The notes under the pieces were generated by a model. It was not told where the DNA came from and did no database searches. It saw only the letters and a list, made by a program, of their open reading frames with translations. DNA of 64,000 bases, from positions 1 to 64,000 of IMG/VR virus record IMGVR_UViG_3300046543_000266. One strand, written 5' to 3'. Below, one piece after another: positions 45,648 through 54,972 of this stretch (positions within the stretch are counted from its first letter, which is position 1; the number at the start of each line of letters is the position of its first letter). The position numbers and the translations under genes are program-made.

Positions 45648-45705
45648 ATTTACACAAACTCGATTGTTCACAACATCATAAACAGAAATCACAAAGGGGT
45701 GTTTT

Positions 45706-46101
45706 ATGAAACGATTCTTGCTTCTGGCTGCGCTCGCGTCGACGGGTGTTGCTCATGCAGAGACTAACATGATCTTCACCGGGAACTTCGGCACGGGTCG
45801 AGCATCGTATGACCAATACGTCGACGGGTACAGTGTTCGTTCCGAAGGTAGCGAGGTCTACATCGCGGTAGCGGTTAAGCAGTACAAGATGGCGCAGACG
45901 TGGCCGGGTGCGGAGCGCAAGATGTACACTCACATGTTCATGCGCACGCGTGTGAACTGCGGTACGGGAACCGTAGGGTTTGAGCGTGTGATAGTTTCGG
46001 CCAACGGTCAAGAAGTCGACGATTTCACGACAGACGGCGAAATGATGTCTGCTGGCTTCAACACCAACAAGTCGGCGATCCGCGATCTTATCTGCAAGTA
46101 A
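45706..46101 (+). CDS. secreted/periplasmic protein
   Basis: Sec signal MKRFLLLAALASTGVAHA. Confidence 0.75.
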   Translation: MKRFLLLAALASTGVAHAETNMIFTGNFGTGRASYDQYVDGYSVRSEGSEVYIAVAVKQYKMAQTWPGAERKMYTHMFMRTRVNCGTGTVGFERVIVSANGQEVDDFTTDGEMMSAGFNTNKSAIRDLICK

Positions 46102-46180
46102 CACTCGATTGCGTACGAAGAACACCTGTCATTTGCATCCGCCGGAAGTACTAACCTTCTCCACACAAAGATAATAAATC

Positions 46181-46519
46181 ATGAAAAAGATCATTGCTAT
46201 CGTCCTTGCATCCTTCGCACTCAACGCACACGCGGTCACCCCTGAACAGCAGATGGAGCGCGACGCCAATTGCGATATGATGGCGGGCTTCGGTGAGGTG
46301 GCAGCCCAGATGAAGGCCAAAGGTGGTAAGTACACCGACTACGCAGAAGTGGTCGACGCGACGCTTCGTCAAGAGCCGGCGGGCAAGCGGTACTCGATGG
46401 GGATTCATCGCATTGGCTCGTGGGTCTTCAGCCGGAACCAGCCTATGACCGACGTAGAAGTCAAGCGCAACACTCGCATCTCGTGCCAGCTCATGCCTGA
46501 GTGGTACGGTGTGAAGTAA
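46181..46519 (+). CDS. secreted/periplasmic protein
   Basis: Sec signal MKKIIAIVLASFALNAHA. Confidence 0.75.
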   Translation: MKKIIAIVLASFALNAHAVTPEQQMERDANCDMMAGFGEVAAQMKAKGGKYTDYAEVVDATLRQEPAGKRYSMGIHRIGSWVFSRNQPMTDVEVKRNTRISCQLMPEWYGVK

Positions 46520-46543
46520 CCCCTTTCCAACAAAGATAACATC

Positions 46544-46813
46544 ATGAATAACCGAATCGCAAAGGTTCCGATGATCCGAGAGGTCACGCAGTACTCCGCA
46601 CCTGACGGCAAGGTATTCCCCTCAGAGCAACAGGCTCAGCGTCACGCTGATGACCTGCTGTGCAACAAGCTCGAAGCGTTGATCAATCTTGCATTCCCAA
46701 CCGGTCACCGCCCTTCCACAATCAAAGCGGTAGAGCTTCTAGCCGAAGATCGCACTATCGCCGTTTCCATGTTGCGTGGGCTGCTCGACGTCCTTACCTA
46801 CGGCGACGAGTAA
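46544..46813 (+). CDS. hypothetical protein
   Basis: YSAPDGKVFPSEQQAQRH motif. Confidence 0.7.
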   Translation: MNNRIAKVPMIREVTQYSAPDGKVFPSEQQAQRHADDLLCNKLEALINLAFPTGHRPSTIKAVELLAEDRTIAVSMLRGLLDVLTYGDE

Positions 46814-46863
46814 CCAACTCGACTAACAAACCCGGTTCTATAACAATCTATGGAGAAGTAGCA

Positions 46864-47394
46864 ATGGACAACCAACACAAACACATCCGTGGCTATCGCG
46901 ATCTGACTGCTGCCGACATCGCGCTGATGAACACGTTGAAGCGGCAGGAGGCGAGCCTCAACCGCATTCTGACGGAAACCACGCAGACGTTCATGCGCAT
47001 CCTGGAAAGCGAGGCGACCAACGGTCTGCTGGCGCAACCCATCTACAGCGACAAGGTCCACACGCACAGCGAGCTGATGTCGAAGGCTAGGGACCAGCTG
47101 ATGGTGGGCTTCATGCTGGCGATCCGGTCCGTGGCACAGCCGCAACCTCTGCAGGAAGAGCAGACGCCGTTCGTGCCGTGGCGACGTGTCAACATTGACT
47201 CGATGTCCGACGAGAAGCTGAAGGCCAGCCCAGATCAGTTGGTACTCGCGATCAACGAGGACGGTCAGATCGAGCAGACCACGTATGCCACGATCCGATC
47301 AACGTTTGCCCGCACTGTCCCGTCCAGCCGTGGCATTCCCAGTTACTATCGCGCGTTCTGCCCGCTGTCGGATCTGCCGCTGCCCAAGGAGTGA
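46864..47394 (+). CDS. acb2: Acb2-like anti-CBASS cyclic-nucleotide sponge with ~83 aa C-terminal extension
   Basis: GGAG SD; MDNQHKHIRGYRDLTAADIALMNTLK...GFMLAIRSVAQP matches recalled Acb2 termini. Confidence 0.8.
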   Translation: MDNQHKHIRGYRDLTAADIALMNTLKRQEASLNRILTETTQTFMRILESEATNGLLAQPIYSDKVHTHSELMSKARDQLMVGFMLAIRSVAQPQPLQEEQTPFVPWRRVNIDSMSDEKLKASPDQLVLAINEDGQIEQTTYATIRSTFARTVPSSRGIPSYYRAFCPLSDLPLPKE

Positions 47395-47969
47395 TGATGC
47401 AACTTGATTTGCGTCGACGTGCAGTCATGGGCACGTTCTTGTTCAATCCTGCGTGGGTTGCGCAAGTGCCCACTCCAGGCTTTCAATCGAGAAGCATCTG
47501 GGCCAGCGCTCCCACGGTGTTCCAGGACATCTGGCCGGAAGCGAAGTCAAGTTCACCCGTCGCTGCACTGTGCGGTTCGCTTACCTTGCAAGGTCTACTG
47601 TACGTAGCTGCTCGGGTCGAAAGCGTGTGGCGTCCGTCCACGGATCAACGCGCAGTTATGCCTTCCATTCCTTTGGACGGTGTTCGTTACGAGTCCCCAC
47701 TGTTCGCACCTACTGAAGCCGGTATGCAATATCTGCTGACTAGCGACGATTTCGACCACCGGTCACTAGTCGAGCTCGGCATCCCGCGCGGCTGGCGCAA
47801 GATTGCCTACGACGCGCAGAACACCAAAGTCAGTCGGATGTTCGAGCACTTCGTCCATTACACGGTGGATGAACGCGATCATCTGATCGGCCGTGCCCTA
47901 GCGCGGCGACGACAACCGCGATCTGGAAACTCGCGTGGGAAGCAACCAGCAATTCTGAAGGGTGATTGA
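47391..47969 (+). CDS. hypothetical protein
   Basis: GTGA-coupled to acb2. Confidence 0.6.
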   Translation: MMMQLDLRRRAVMGTFLFNPAWVAQVPTPGFQSRSIWASAPTVFQDIWPEAKSSSPVAALCGSLTLQGLLYVAARVESVWRPSTDQRAVMPSIPLDGVRYESPLFAPTEAGMQYLLTSDDFDHRSLVELGIPRGWRKIAYDAQNTKVSRMFEHFVHYTVDERDHLIGRALARRRQPRSGNSRGKQPAILKGD

Positions 47970-48223
47970 CGGAGGCGGTCATGATTGGCATTAGCTCTAA
48001 ACCGAAGTACGCTCGTGGTGAGGAAGTCAGGCTAAGTCACACGGTAGACGCGGTGACTGGATTGGTAATCGATGTATTGCCGGGCGAGATCAACACAAAG
48101 CGATTGCTGTACGTGGTTGCCCTCAAGAATCCTCTGATCGACACTGCTGACGTGCACAATCGATACACCATTCAGTTCCTCGAAGCTGAAGAGCTTCGAC
48201 CATACGTAGCGGAGAGTTCATAA
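47966..48223 (+). CDS. small SH3-like hypothetical protein
   Basis: KYARGEEVRL..TGLVIDV..LYVV. Confidence 0.55.
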   Translation: MTEAVMIGISSKPKYARGEEVRLSHTVDAVTGLVIDVLPGEINTKRLLYVVALKNPLIDTADVHNRYTIQFLEAEELRPYVAESS

Positions 48224-48570
48224 TGGGTATCGGCCCTGGATACAAGTATCGAGGTTGTTCATCCTCGCCGTATAGCGTGCCGGACAGCAATCCGATACCG
48301 ACACGCTTCACGGTGCTGGATTGGCAGTACTTCCGCAACCGAAAGGGGAAACTGTATTTGCTTGTGAAGGTGAAGTACCCAGACGCCACGAACTTCGACG
48401 GCATCAAGGTTATGCTGTACCAAGGCTTTGCTCACGTGGATGATCTGCTGAATGCCACGAACAACGAGCTCGATCCGCACTTCTCTGAGCATGGCATCAG
48501 CCCAATCGCGCGGTTCCCACCCACTGACGCCGGATGGCGCCGAGCCCTCCGCTTCGCAGGTTCACTATGA
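48223..48570 (+). CDS. hypothetical protein
   Basis: TAATG coupling; LDPHF..SPIARFPPT motif. Confidence 0.7.
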   Translation: MGIGPGYKYRGCSSSPYSVPDSNPIPTRFTVLDWQYFRNRKGKLYLLVKVKYPDATNFDGIKVMLYQGFAHVDDLLNATNNELDPHFSEHGISPIARFPPTDAGWRRALRFAGSL

Positions 48571-49079
48571 ACAACAAGCACACTATGAACAACAAGCATG
48601 AAGTGACCGTTACCTCCGCCCCGGCCGCGTATCGGGTGTGGCCTTCCGGTGGAAACGCCTGGATTCTCACCCATGACGCGGCGTTTGTGGACTTCGCACG
48701 GCTCCACAAGTGGGAAGTCGTTGAACTGTTCGACAAAAGACAACTGCTACTGGTCGACGGCCTACCTGAGCCACGCATCGCCGAGTTAGCAGAGGCGACT
48801 CTGTGGCTCGCTTCGCGTTCGTTAGATGGTAGAATCGAAGATTACCTTGTGGACGCGATCACCACTGCGGTTCACGAGGCGGTCAGCGTATCTCAGGAAC
48901 ATGATCGCCTAGACGCCGACCGATGGCGAGCCTTCATGGCCGCCGGTATCCGTGGTGACTTGTGGGTCACGGCGTATCGACCACTAGGTCGAGCGAAGAA
49001 ACCTTCGGCTGTGCCTGTTATGGACCTGAATAGTTTCGCAGACGGACTTATCAACCCATCAACAAAGAGGGAATCGTGA
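48567..49079 (+). CDS. hypothetical protein
   Basis: ATGA-coupled; start lies in 18-bp tandem duplication 48563-48598. Confidence 0.65.
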   Translation: MNNKHTMNNKHEVTVTSAPAAYRVWPSGGNAWILTHDAAFVDFARLHKWEVVELFDKRQLLLVDGLPEPRIAELAEATLWLASRSLDGRIEDYLVDAITTAVHEAVSVSQEHDRLDADRWRAFMAAGIRGDLWVTAYRPLGRAKKPSAVPVMDLNSFADGLINPSTKRES

Positions 49080-49600
49080 CTACGTATGCATCGCTCATCG
49101 GAATGAACCCCAATCTTTCAGGGCAAGAAATCTTCGACGCTGGGATTGCCGAAGGCACTCGTCGCCTACGTGATTCGGATTATCCGAAGACGCATTTCAC
49201 GTTGGCGCAAGTCGAGGAACACGACAAGCACCTTCTCGATGCAGTAGTCGGCATCCTGCGCAACACACTGCAAGCGGCGGCGTTCATCGACTACCCGGTC
49301 TACACTCTAAACGTGGCGATCAAGCAGATAAACGGTCTGCGCGATGGCATGGCACCGAAGCAGGTTTTGCGTTGGAAAGTCACTCACATGCTGCCGGTCT
49401 GTAGCACGGAACCACGCAGTGAGGGTGTTCCAGTCGTGGTCTGGTCCACAGCGATGCCCGCGTTACCACTCGCGATGGACGCCTTCTACGGTATGCGACT
49501 GGCTGTGTCCCCTGAGCAGCCGCCGTGTTTCTACCATGCCGGAGGCTTGATCCCGGGCGTCACCAACTGGCGATACCGCGACGAAACACCCAACACGTAA
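49076..49600 (+). CDS. hypothetical protein
   Basis: GTGA-coupled. Confidence 0.6.
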   Translation: MTTYASLIGMNPNLSGQEIFDAGIAEGTRRLRDSDYPKTHFTLAQVEEHDKHLLDAVVGILRNTLQAAAFIDYPVYTLNVAIKQINGLRDGMAPKQVLRWKVTHMLPVCSTEPRSEGVPVVVWSTAMPALPLAMDAFYGMRLAVSPEQPPCFYHAGGLIPGVTNWRYRDETPNT

Positions 49601-49630
49601 AACCCAAACACTAAAGAGGTCACTAATAAA

Positions 49631-49930
49631 ATGAATCATCCTGTAACTGCCGAAGAAAAGCTCGTTGATGCCTTGCTGGAAATCCACCGTCTGAAAGAAC
49701 AGCTCGCGGCTGTGAACGGGCAGAAGAAGGCTGTGCTTCCATGGCAAGATCCGGATACGGTCAAAGGCCAGCGTCTGATGAAATACAACTTGGCAATCAA
49801 GCCTGAGCTGTACTTGAAAGTCAAGTGGCTCTTAGAACACAAGGGTGGACTCAAGTCAATGCAGGTGTTCTTCGAGAGGGCGGCTAACAAGCTGGCTGAT
49901 GAATACGTGGCGGAGCTCAGCGCCAAGTGA
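49631..49930 (+). CDS. possible RHH DNA-binding protein
   Basis: KYNLAIKPELYLKVKWLL..SMQVFFERAANKL. Confidence 0.6.
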   Translation: MNHPVTAEEKLVDALLEIHRLKEQLAAVNGQKKAVLPWQDPDTVKGQRLMKYNLAIKPELYLKVKWLLEHKGGLKSMQVFFERAANKLADEYVAELSAK

Positions 49931-49931
49931 G

Positions 49932-49957
49932 AAAAGGGAGCCTCTGTGGCTCCTTTT
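49932..49957 (+). terminator. Rho-independent terminator
   Basis: AAAAGGGAGCC..GGCTCCTTTT. Confidence 0.7.
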
Positions 49958-49961
49958 ACGC

Positions 49962-50023
49962 GTTGTTTTTACGCAACACTGCCGGTTGCCCCGTATGTTA
50001 TAATAAGGTGCGCCCACGCGCAC
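49962..50023 (+). promoter_or_regulatory. palindrome + extended -10 + 5' stem-loop
   Basis: GTTGTTTTTACGCAAC 49962-49977; 21 nt; TGtTATAAT (49999-50004); GTGCG/CGCAC hairpin. Confidence 0.8.
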
Positions 50024-50102
50024 TCCATCAAGGCGCGCGTGGCTCACGGCGCACAGCAAACAAACATAAGTAAGCGCGGCCTCCGTCGCGCACTGTTATC
50101 TA

Positions 50103-50119
50103 CTCCTTCCGAAACGGAG
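50103..50119 (+). repeat. leader cassette
   Basis: CTCC-TTCCGAAAC-GGAG, 6 nt before ATG 50126. Confidence 0.75.
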
Positions 50120-50125
50120 CACTGC

Positions 50126-50230
50126 ATGAAATCCCAAGTTATCGCATTCCTGAATTCCAAGAACCTCGGTCTGGTCGGCGCTTGCCTCACTGGCGCAGTC
50201 CTCGCAGCAACGGTCTTCTTCAGCTTCTGA
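50126..50230 (+). CDS. 34 aa membrane peptide
   Basis: MKSQVIAFLNSKNLGLVGACLTGAVLAATVFFSF after cassette. Confidence 0.6.
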   Translation: MKSQVIAFLNSKNLGLVGACLTGAVLAATVFFSF

Positions 50231-50241
50231 TCGAGGTCGTC

Positions 50242-50508
50242 ATGAACAAGACGCAACTGCAAGCGGCACGATTCGTGACCAACCGCGTAGAGCACGCCAA
50301 TCGTATGCGCTCTGGCGATCCGATGAACGGCGTCATCACTTGGCGTCAACTCGATTGGGGCGACAACGTTGTCGTGCTCGACGGGTCGAATGTCAACGAC
50401 GAGAAGAAGTGGTTCGAGACGCACATCCACGTTATCGCCGAGATCGGCCCGCGTGGTGGTGTCAAGCTTCGCCATTGCGAAGGCATTCGCATAACCGTTT
50501 TGAAGTGA
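50242..50508 (+). CDS. hypothetical protein
   Basis: GAGGT SD. Confidence 0.7.
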   Translation: MNKTQLQAARFVTNRVEHANRMRSGDPMNGVITWRQLDWGDNVVVLDGSNVNDEKKWFETHIHVIAEIGPRGGVKLRHCEGIRITVLK

Positions 50509-50523
50509 TCGGAGCGCGCAATC

Positions 50524-50847
50524 ATGTGGATGATCAAGGCTGGCACCACGATTCTCATCGACGCACCGTTCGGCAAGATCGGTGGTCCTCGTTCGGTCCC
50601 GTCGTCGGACGGGTTGAGTTCGGTAACCGATACCGCTCCCTGGAAGGCGTATGTCACGCCAGAAGATCGCTTCTATGAGAAGGAGCAGGTTTGGGATACG
50701 GTTCGGGTTCACAACAATCAGCATACGGAGGACATTCCGTACTGGATCAGCCACAACATCGAGCTGCTGCGTGGTGCTGAAGTCATCGTGCAGTGCAAAG
50801 GCAAGTGGGCGCGAGTCAAGCGCTCGGATATCGAATACCTGGACTAA
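50524..50847 (+). CDS. hypothetical protein
   Basis: GGAG SD. Confidence 0.7.
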   Translation: MWMIKAGTTILIDAPFGKIGGPRSVPSSDGLSSVTDTAPWKAYVTPEDRFYEKEQVWDTVRVHNNQHTEDIPYWISHNIELLRGAEVIVQCKGKWARVKRSDIEYLD

Positions 50848-50851
50848 TCGC

Positions 50852-51007
50852 ATGAGCTATATCGCCCAACGAGTTCTCGAGCTCGCACATCTCGACAAGC
50901 AGAACCGCGTATTCATCCACCGCCTCGGCGGTAGTGTGCAACGCGATGGCTACAATGCAACGATGCTACGCGTCCTCGCGCTGCGCATCATCGCCAACGA
51001 TTACTAA
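50852..51007 (+). CDS. small hypothetical protein
   Basis: ATG 50852 in ORF 50651..51007. Confidence 0.55.
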   Translation: MSYIAQRVLELAHLDKQNRVFIHRLGGSVQRDGYNATMLRVLALRIIANDY

Positions 51008-51030
51008 CCCCATCGCAGTACCAATTCAAC

Positions 51031-51651
51031 ATGACACAAGATCTCGCAATGAAAAACGAAAACCAACAAATCGCGAACGCTGCTCCCATCATGTTGGTGA
51101 CGCCGATCGCCAGCAACAAGAAGCCGGGAACGGTTATCGCACGCGTCGGTAAGCAACTGTGCTTCTTCGAGTCGGACGAGCCGATGCCGGCTCCGAACGT
51201 CCCCGTATCAGTGATGATCACGCGGTGTCTGTACCGCAAGCATCCCGACGGGCACTACGACTTCACGCAGGTGATGGCGCTAGTCTTGCGCGTTGTCACC
51301 GACGAGTACATGCTCGTTGGTCACCACGGCTTCGAGAACGAGGGTTCCATGTGCCGCACTACGGCGCAGACGACTCTGCGGTTTAAGAACGACCAGCCGG
51401 ATAGTGCGGGACTGCATCGCACGCTAACTCCTGGTCGTACCGGAGTGTACGTGTGCGACAACCACGGCGTTGATTGGGACAACGCAGTCAATCGCACCTA
51501 TGGTGACGGGCAGAAGCAAACCAGCCGGAATCCCAGCAAGCCAGGACATGTGTACGTCAAGCGGGCCGACATGCTCCGCAGCGGGGTGGTTCGCGCGGAG
51601 GGGTTGGTATCAGTGCTTGACGGGGAGTTCTCCGAGCACTTACAAAAATAA
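51031..51651 (+). CDS. hypothetical protein
   Basis: 206 aa ORF. Confidence 0.7.
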   Translation: MTQDLAMKNENQQIANAAPIMLVTPIASNKKPGTVIARVGKQLCFFESDEPMPAPNVPVSVMITRCLYRKHPDGHYDFTQVMALVLRVVTDEYMLVGHHGFENEGSMCRTTAQTTLRFKNDQPDSAGLHRTLTPGRTGVYVCDNHGVDWDNAVNRTYGDGQKQTSRNPSKPGHVYVKRADMLRSGVVRAEGLVSVLDGEFSEHLQK

Positions 51652-51780
51652 GAGCGCCCTACCCCGAAAGGGGTTTGGTCGTCTGTGGCTACCTAACAAG
51701 GAACTGGAGCTCGCGTTGGCCTCGTCGCGAAGTTCCAGCCAGTCACCATCAACTATCCATATGAATTACCGGAGGTAGTA

Positions 51781-52191
51781 ATGAAGGACAAGGAAGACAA
51801 CCTGGACGCTGTTCGCTTGTGCCTAATGGCTCGTTACTGCCAGACGCACACGCGAAATCTGAAGTGCGTCCAGCCCCGTCAGGTCTCGGTGTTAACTCAT
51901 GCCGACGATGACTGGCTCCTCAAACGTCAGCTTGAGGATAAGCGCAATCTCTTCCTTCTGCTAACTGACTCGCGGGCTTACACGAAACTGGAATGGCCTG
52001 ATCTCGTGATATACGAAGGGCGGCTGTTTCGTAGCGTGATGTCAGTTCCCCTACCGAAAGAGCTTTGCACCAAATCTTACTTCGGACTGCGGCTGTACGA
52101 GCAAGTGCTCACGTTCGACCGCTCCGAACCGTACTCCCTTATCGACCTTAGCAAGCCAGCAGATACATCTATCCAGGAGGCTCACCAATGA
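51781..52191 (+). CDS. hypothetical protein
   Basis: GGAGGT SD. Confidence 0.65.
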   Translation: MKDKEDNLDAVRLCLMARYCQTHTRNLKCVQPRQVSVLTHADDDWLLKRQLEDKRNLFLLLTDSRAYTKLEWPDLVIYEGRLFRSVMSVPLPKELCTKSYFGLRLYEQVLTFDRSEPYSLIDLSKPADTSIQEAHQ

Positions 52192-52520
52192 AGAAGACAA
52201 TCATGCGCATCATTGTTACCACCCTGTTAGGCGCAATCGCTTTCGGGCTGTTCATTTGCTACGACCCGTGGACCATTCATACCGACCCGTGGCTTCGCAG
52301 CGCCGTGTTTGCTAGTCTAGTGGCGCTGTCCTTCTTCGTGGGTCTGCTGCTTGCCAGTGATCCACAGGTTGCGGAAACGCGTCGCACGTTGGATCGGCTG
52401 CATCGCGATCGTCAGGAGTTTCTGGCGCGGAAGGTTCCGAATCGGCCCCGTCGTGTGCATCCGCAGCGTGCTCACATGGAAGCCAAGTTCGCAGTTACTG
52501 ACTGGAATCACAAGAGCTGA
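52188..52520 (+). CDS. membrane protein, 2 TM
   Basis: AGGAGG SD; hydrophobic N-half. Confidence 0.7.
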   Translation: MKKTIMRIIVTTLLGAIAFGLFICYDPWTIHTDPWLRSAVFASLVALSFFVGLLLASDPQVAETRRTLDRLHRDRQEFLARKVPNRPRRVHPQRAHMEAKFAVTDWNHKS

Positions 52521-52554
52521 AGTCGTTAATAATCAACCCTTCCAACGGAGCTTC

Positions 52555-52887
52555 ATGATGGCAACCAAACAGAACAAGGTAGTAACGCTCGACTCCGACG
52601 TTTCCCAAAAGAGCCTGTTCCCGTATCGGGGCGTTATCAAACCTGCGCACGTCCTGTCGTATGGTCCGACGAACAGTCCGATGATCATGCTCTTGCTGGT
52701 CGACTCCCACATGACCAACTCGTACTGGCCGAAGTATGTGCGAGTCGGCGGTCTGGTGTATGTTCGAGGCGCACTCCAGCCGGTTCCAGATCATCTGACG
52801 CGGGAAGTGTACATGGCCCGTGAGTACCAGACGTTGGCAAGTCACGCAGCAGTGGTCAAGGACACGTTCGATCTGCTGGAGCTCTGA
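52555..52887 (+). CDS. hypothetical protein, resembles 51781
   Basis: GGAG SD; LLLVDS..WPKYV..GG.VY. Confidence 0.65.
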   Translation: MMATKQNKVVTLDSDVSQKSLFPYRGVIKPAHVLSYGPTNSPMIMLLLVDSHMTNSYWPKYVRVGGLVYVRGALQPVPDHLTREVYMAREYQTLASHAAVVKDTFDLLEL

Positions 52888-52888
52888 C

Positions 52889-53236
52889 ATGCGGACCGGA
52901 CCTTTCCCGACGACCCCTGTGAATGCGTTCATGCTGCATCGTGGCATGGGCGTCATGGTGTGGCAGGACAACGCGTGGCGTCCAGCCACCGTCCTGAAGG
53001 TGAATCGGTTCACGATCCGAGTTCTTGAATACCCAAGAGTCCTGTTTGGATTCGAACACGTTAACACGAAACTGGTGAACGTTGATGAAAGCATCCAAGT
53101 TAAAGGCAGCGAAGTTGCGCCTCAAGGTCAAGGAAGCGAAAGCGACGGAGGTCCGCAAGTTGGAGGCGAAAGCCGCGAGCCTAAAGTCCCAGACGTTGGG
53201 ATTAGCCCGCACTCCGCGCAAGAAGGCAGTGACTGA
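52889..53236 (+). CDS. hypothetical KOW/SH3-like protein
   Basis: GMGVMVWQDNAWRPATVLKVNR; 3' part overlaps next gene. Confidence 0.45.
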   Translation: MRTGPFPTTPVNAFMLHRGMGVMVWQDNAWRPATVLKVNRFTIRVLEYPRVLFGFEHVNTKLVNVDESIQVKGSEVAPQGQGSESDGGPQVGGESREPKVPDVGISPHSAQEGSD

Positions 53237-53507
53237 CGCCTTCGAGGCCAGCAAGATGCCGCAGTATGCGAAGCAACGAGCGATCCAGCACACTCGTCCA
53301 GTAGAGGATCGCTTCACAATGGCCGAGCCCAAGCCTTCTCGTCAGCTCACCGGCGAGATGTTGGCTCGGGAGTTGGCCGCCAAGGAGATCTACGAGACGA
53401 AGATGAAACCCCGCATCGGTCCGGCGTTCAACAAGTCTGGGGACATGTATCTGTCTGAGTCCGAGCTAGATGCTGAAAAGAAGGGAGAACTGCGGAGACG
53501 CTCGTGA
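53082..53507 (+). CDS. basic hypothetical protein
   Basis: GPAFNKSGDMY motif. Confidence 0.7.
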   Translation: MMKASKLKAAKLRLKVKEAKATEVRKLEAKAASLKSQTLGLARTPRKKAVTDAFEASKMPQYAKQRAIQHTRPVEDRFTMAEPKPSRQLTGEMLARELAAKEIYETKMKPRIGPAFNKSGDMYLSESELDAEKKGELRRRS

Positions 53508-53860
53508 CTCCCACCGGATGGTCGCACTCAGTGACCCATCGCCCTCCGGCAACCTTCCCGCCGCCGAACACGTTCAACCGGAAGGCCAAGGAGGTGTACC
53601 TGATTATGCGTCGCCCGAAAGTCAGTCCAAATGGTTTGGCGTCGGCCATTCAGATGACGCAGTTCTTCATCAATCGTGCGGGCAAGGCCATGCCCGAGAA
53701 GCAGAAGCATGAGCTTCGCAAGGCGATCGAGATGTTGCGCATCGAACTGCGTTTCCTCAAGCAATCAGAAGCGTGTGGGTTGAAGGGAAAGGCCAAGCCC
53801 GTTCACCCACCACCGGCGAAACGCATCGGTGGTCGCTTCGGTTATAACTGGAAAGGATGA
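53504..53860 (+). CDS. DUF3175-like protein
   Basis: LASAIQMTQFFINRAGKAM..ELRKAIEML. Confidence 0.7.
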   Translation: MTPTGWSHSVTHRPPATFPPPNTFNRKAKEVYLIMRRPKVSPNGLASAIQMTQFFINRAGKAMPEKQKHELRKAIEMLRIELRFLKQSEACGLKGKAKPVHPPPAKRIGGRFGYNWKG

Positions 53861-53863
53861 ATC

Positions 53864-54055
53864 ATGAGAACAGAGCGGTTGGTAGAACTGTTGCAGCACG
53901 ACGTGCACGAAGCTGTAGAGTTACTGCGATCCGTAGACGACTACGGCATCCGCCTCACTATGGGTGGCGAATGGTGTCATCGGGTGGATCGGTTGCTTGC
54001 CAAGTATCCACAGCATAACGGTGCTGCTCACGCCGCCGACGGAGATTCAGAATGA
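53864..54055 (+). CDS. hypothetical protein
   Basis: 63 aa ORF. Confidence 0.6.
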   Translation: MRTERLVELLQHDVHEAVELLRSVDDYGIRLTMGGEWCHRVDRLLAKYPQHNGAAHAADGDSE

Positions 54056-54366
54056 ACATGGACGATGACGTTGTGACTCAACTCGTGTTGCTCGTACTCG
54101 TCGTCATTCTTTTCGTCGGGTGGCTCTGGTCGGAGCGATGGGCACGTAGAAAGCTGCGGGCCTACGGGGACTCTCCTACTAACGATCCCTACATCGAGTC
54201 GGTGCGGGCCATGCGGGAAGCCAATCCCAGCATTCCCCCGTGCGCCGTGTCGATTCAAGATCGTGAGACTGGTGAGTTCTACTACTATCCGGCCGGTTCG
54301 GAACTCCGTATGAAACGTAACAAGAACGGTCGGCTGTACGCAGACCCGGCCGTTCAGCAGAAGTAG
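54052..54366 (+). CDS. membrane-anchored protein
   Basis: N-terminal TM, ATGA coupling. Confidence 0.65.
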   Translation: MNMDDDVVTQLVLLVLVVILFVGWLWSERWARRKLRAYGDSPTNDPYIESVRAMREANPSIPPCAVSIQDRETGEFYYYPAGSELRMKRNKNGRLYADPAVQQK

Positions 54367-54372
54367 TAAGAC

Positions 54373-54972
54373 TTGATGAATATCTTTTGGCTTGACCTTG
54401 ACGTAGAGCGTTCTGCCAAGTTCGCAATGGATCAGCACATAGTCAAGATGCAGACCGAGCACACGCAGCAGATGGCGACCATCCTGACAGAGTTCGGGTT
54501 ATCCGCCTACATGCGACCCACTCACAGTGGACATCCGTGCGTCCGTTGGCTGGCCGAAGACTTCGCCAACTTCGTGTACCTGTATCAGCTGAACGGCGCG
54601 TACTTCAAGCAGTATGCGCTCCGATACACCAAGCGTGAGGGTCACGGAGGCTACATCAAGGGTGTTACCGCAGTCATGCAGAATGGGTGGTCGACAATCC
54701 GTCGAGCCTACCGAGCACACGGTGCTGACCGGACCGGTGCTAAGTTGAAGGACATGCTGGCTCTTCCACACGAGTACATAACGGTTCCGCCACAAGCGAT
54801 ACCGGTAGATGTTCGAGTGGCACTGACCGGCGATCGAGTCCAGGACCTGCGAGGCGTAGTAAAAGCATACCGACGTTGCTATCAGATTCACAAGAGTTGG
54901 TTTGCCCGGTATCATCATTCCGATGTACCGGCGTTCATGGCAGACTACGTATTCTTCTTCAACCGTAGGTAG
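54373..54972 (+). CDS. pyrimidine dimer DNA glycosylase / endonuclease V-like
   Basis: MNIFWLD..A..DQHIVKM.TE..Q..T..Y.PTH.GHPC..W. Confidence 0.75.
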   Translation: MMNIFWLDLDVERSAKFAMDQHIVKMQTEHTQQMATILTEFGLSAYMRPTHSGHPCVRWLAEDFANFVYLYQLNGAYFKQYALRYTKREGHGGYIKGVTAVMQNGWSTIRRAYRAHGADRTGAKLKDMLALPHEYITVPPQAIPVDVRVALTGDRVQDLRGVVKAYRRCYQIHKSWFARYHHSDVPAFMADYVFFFNRR

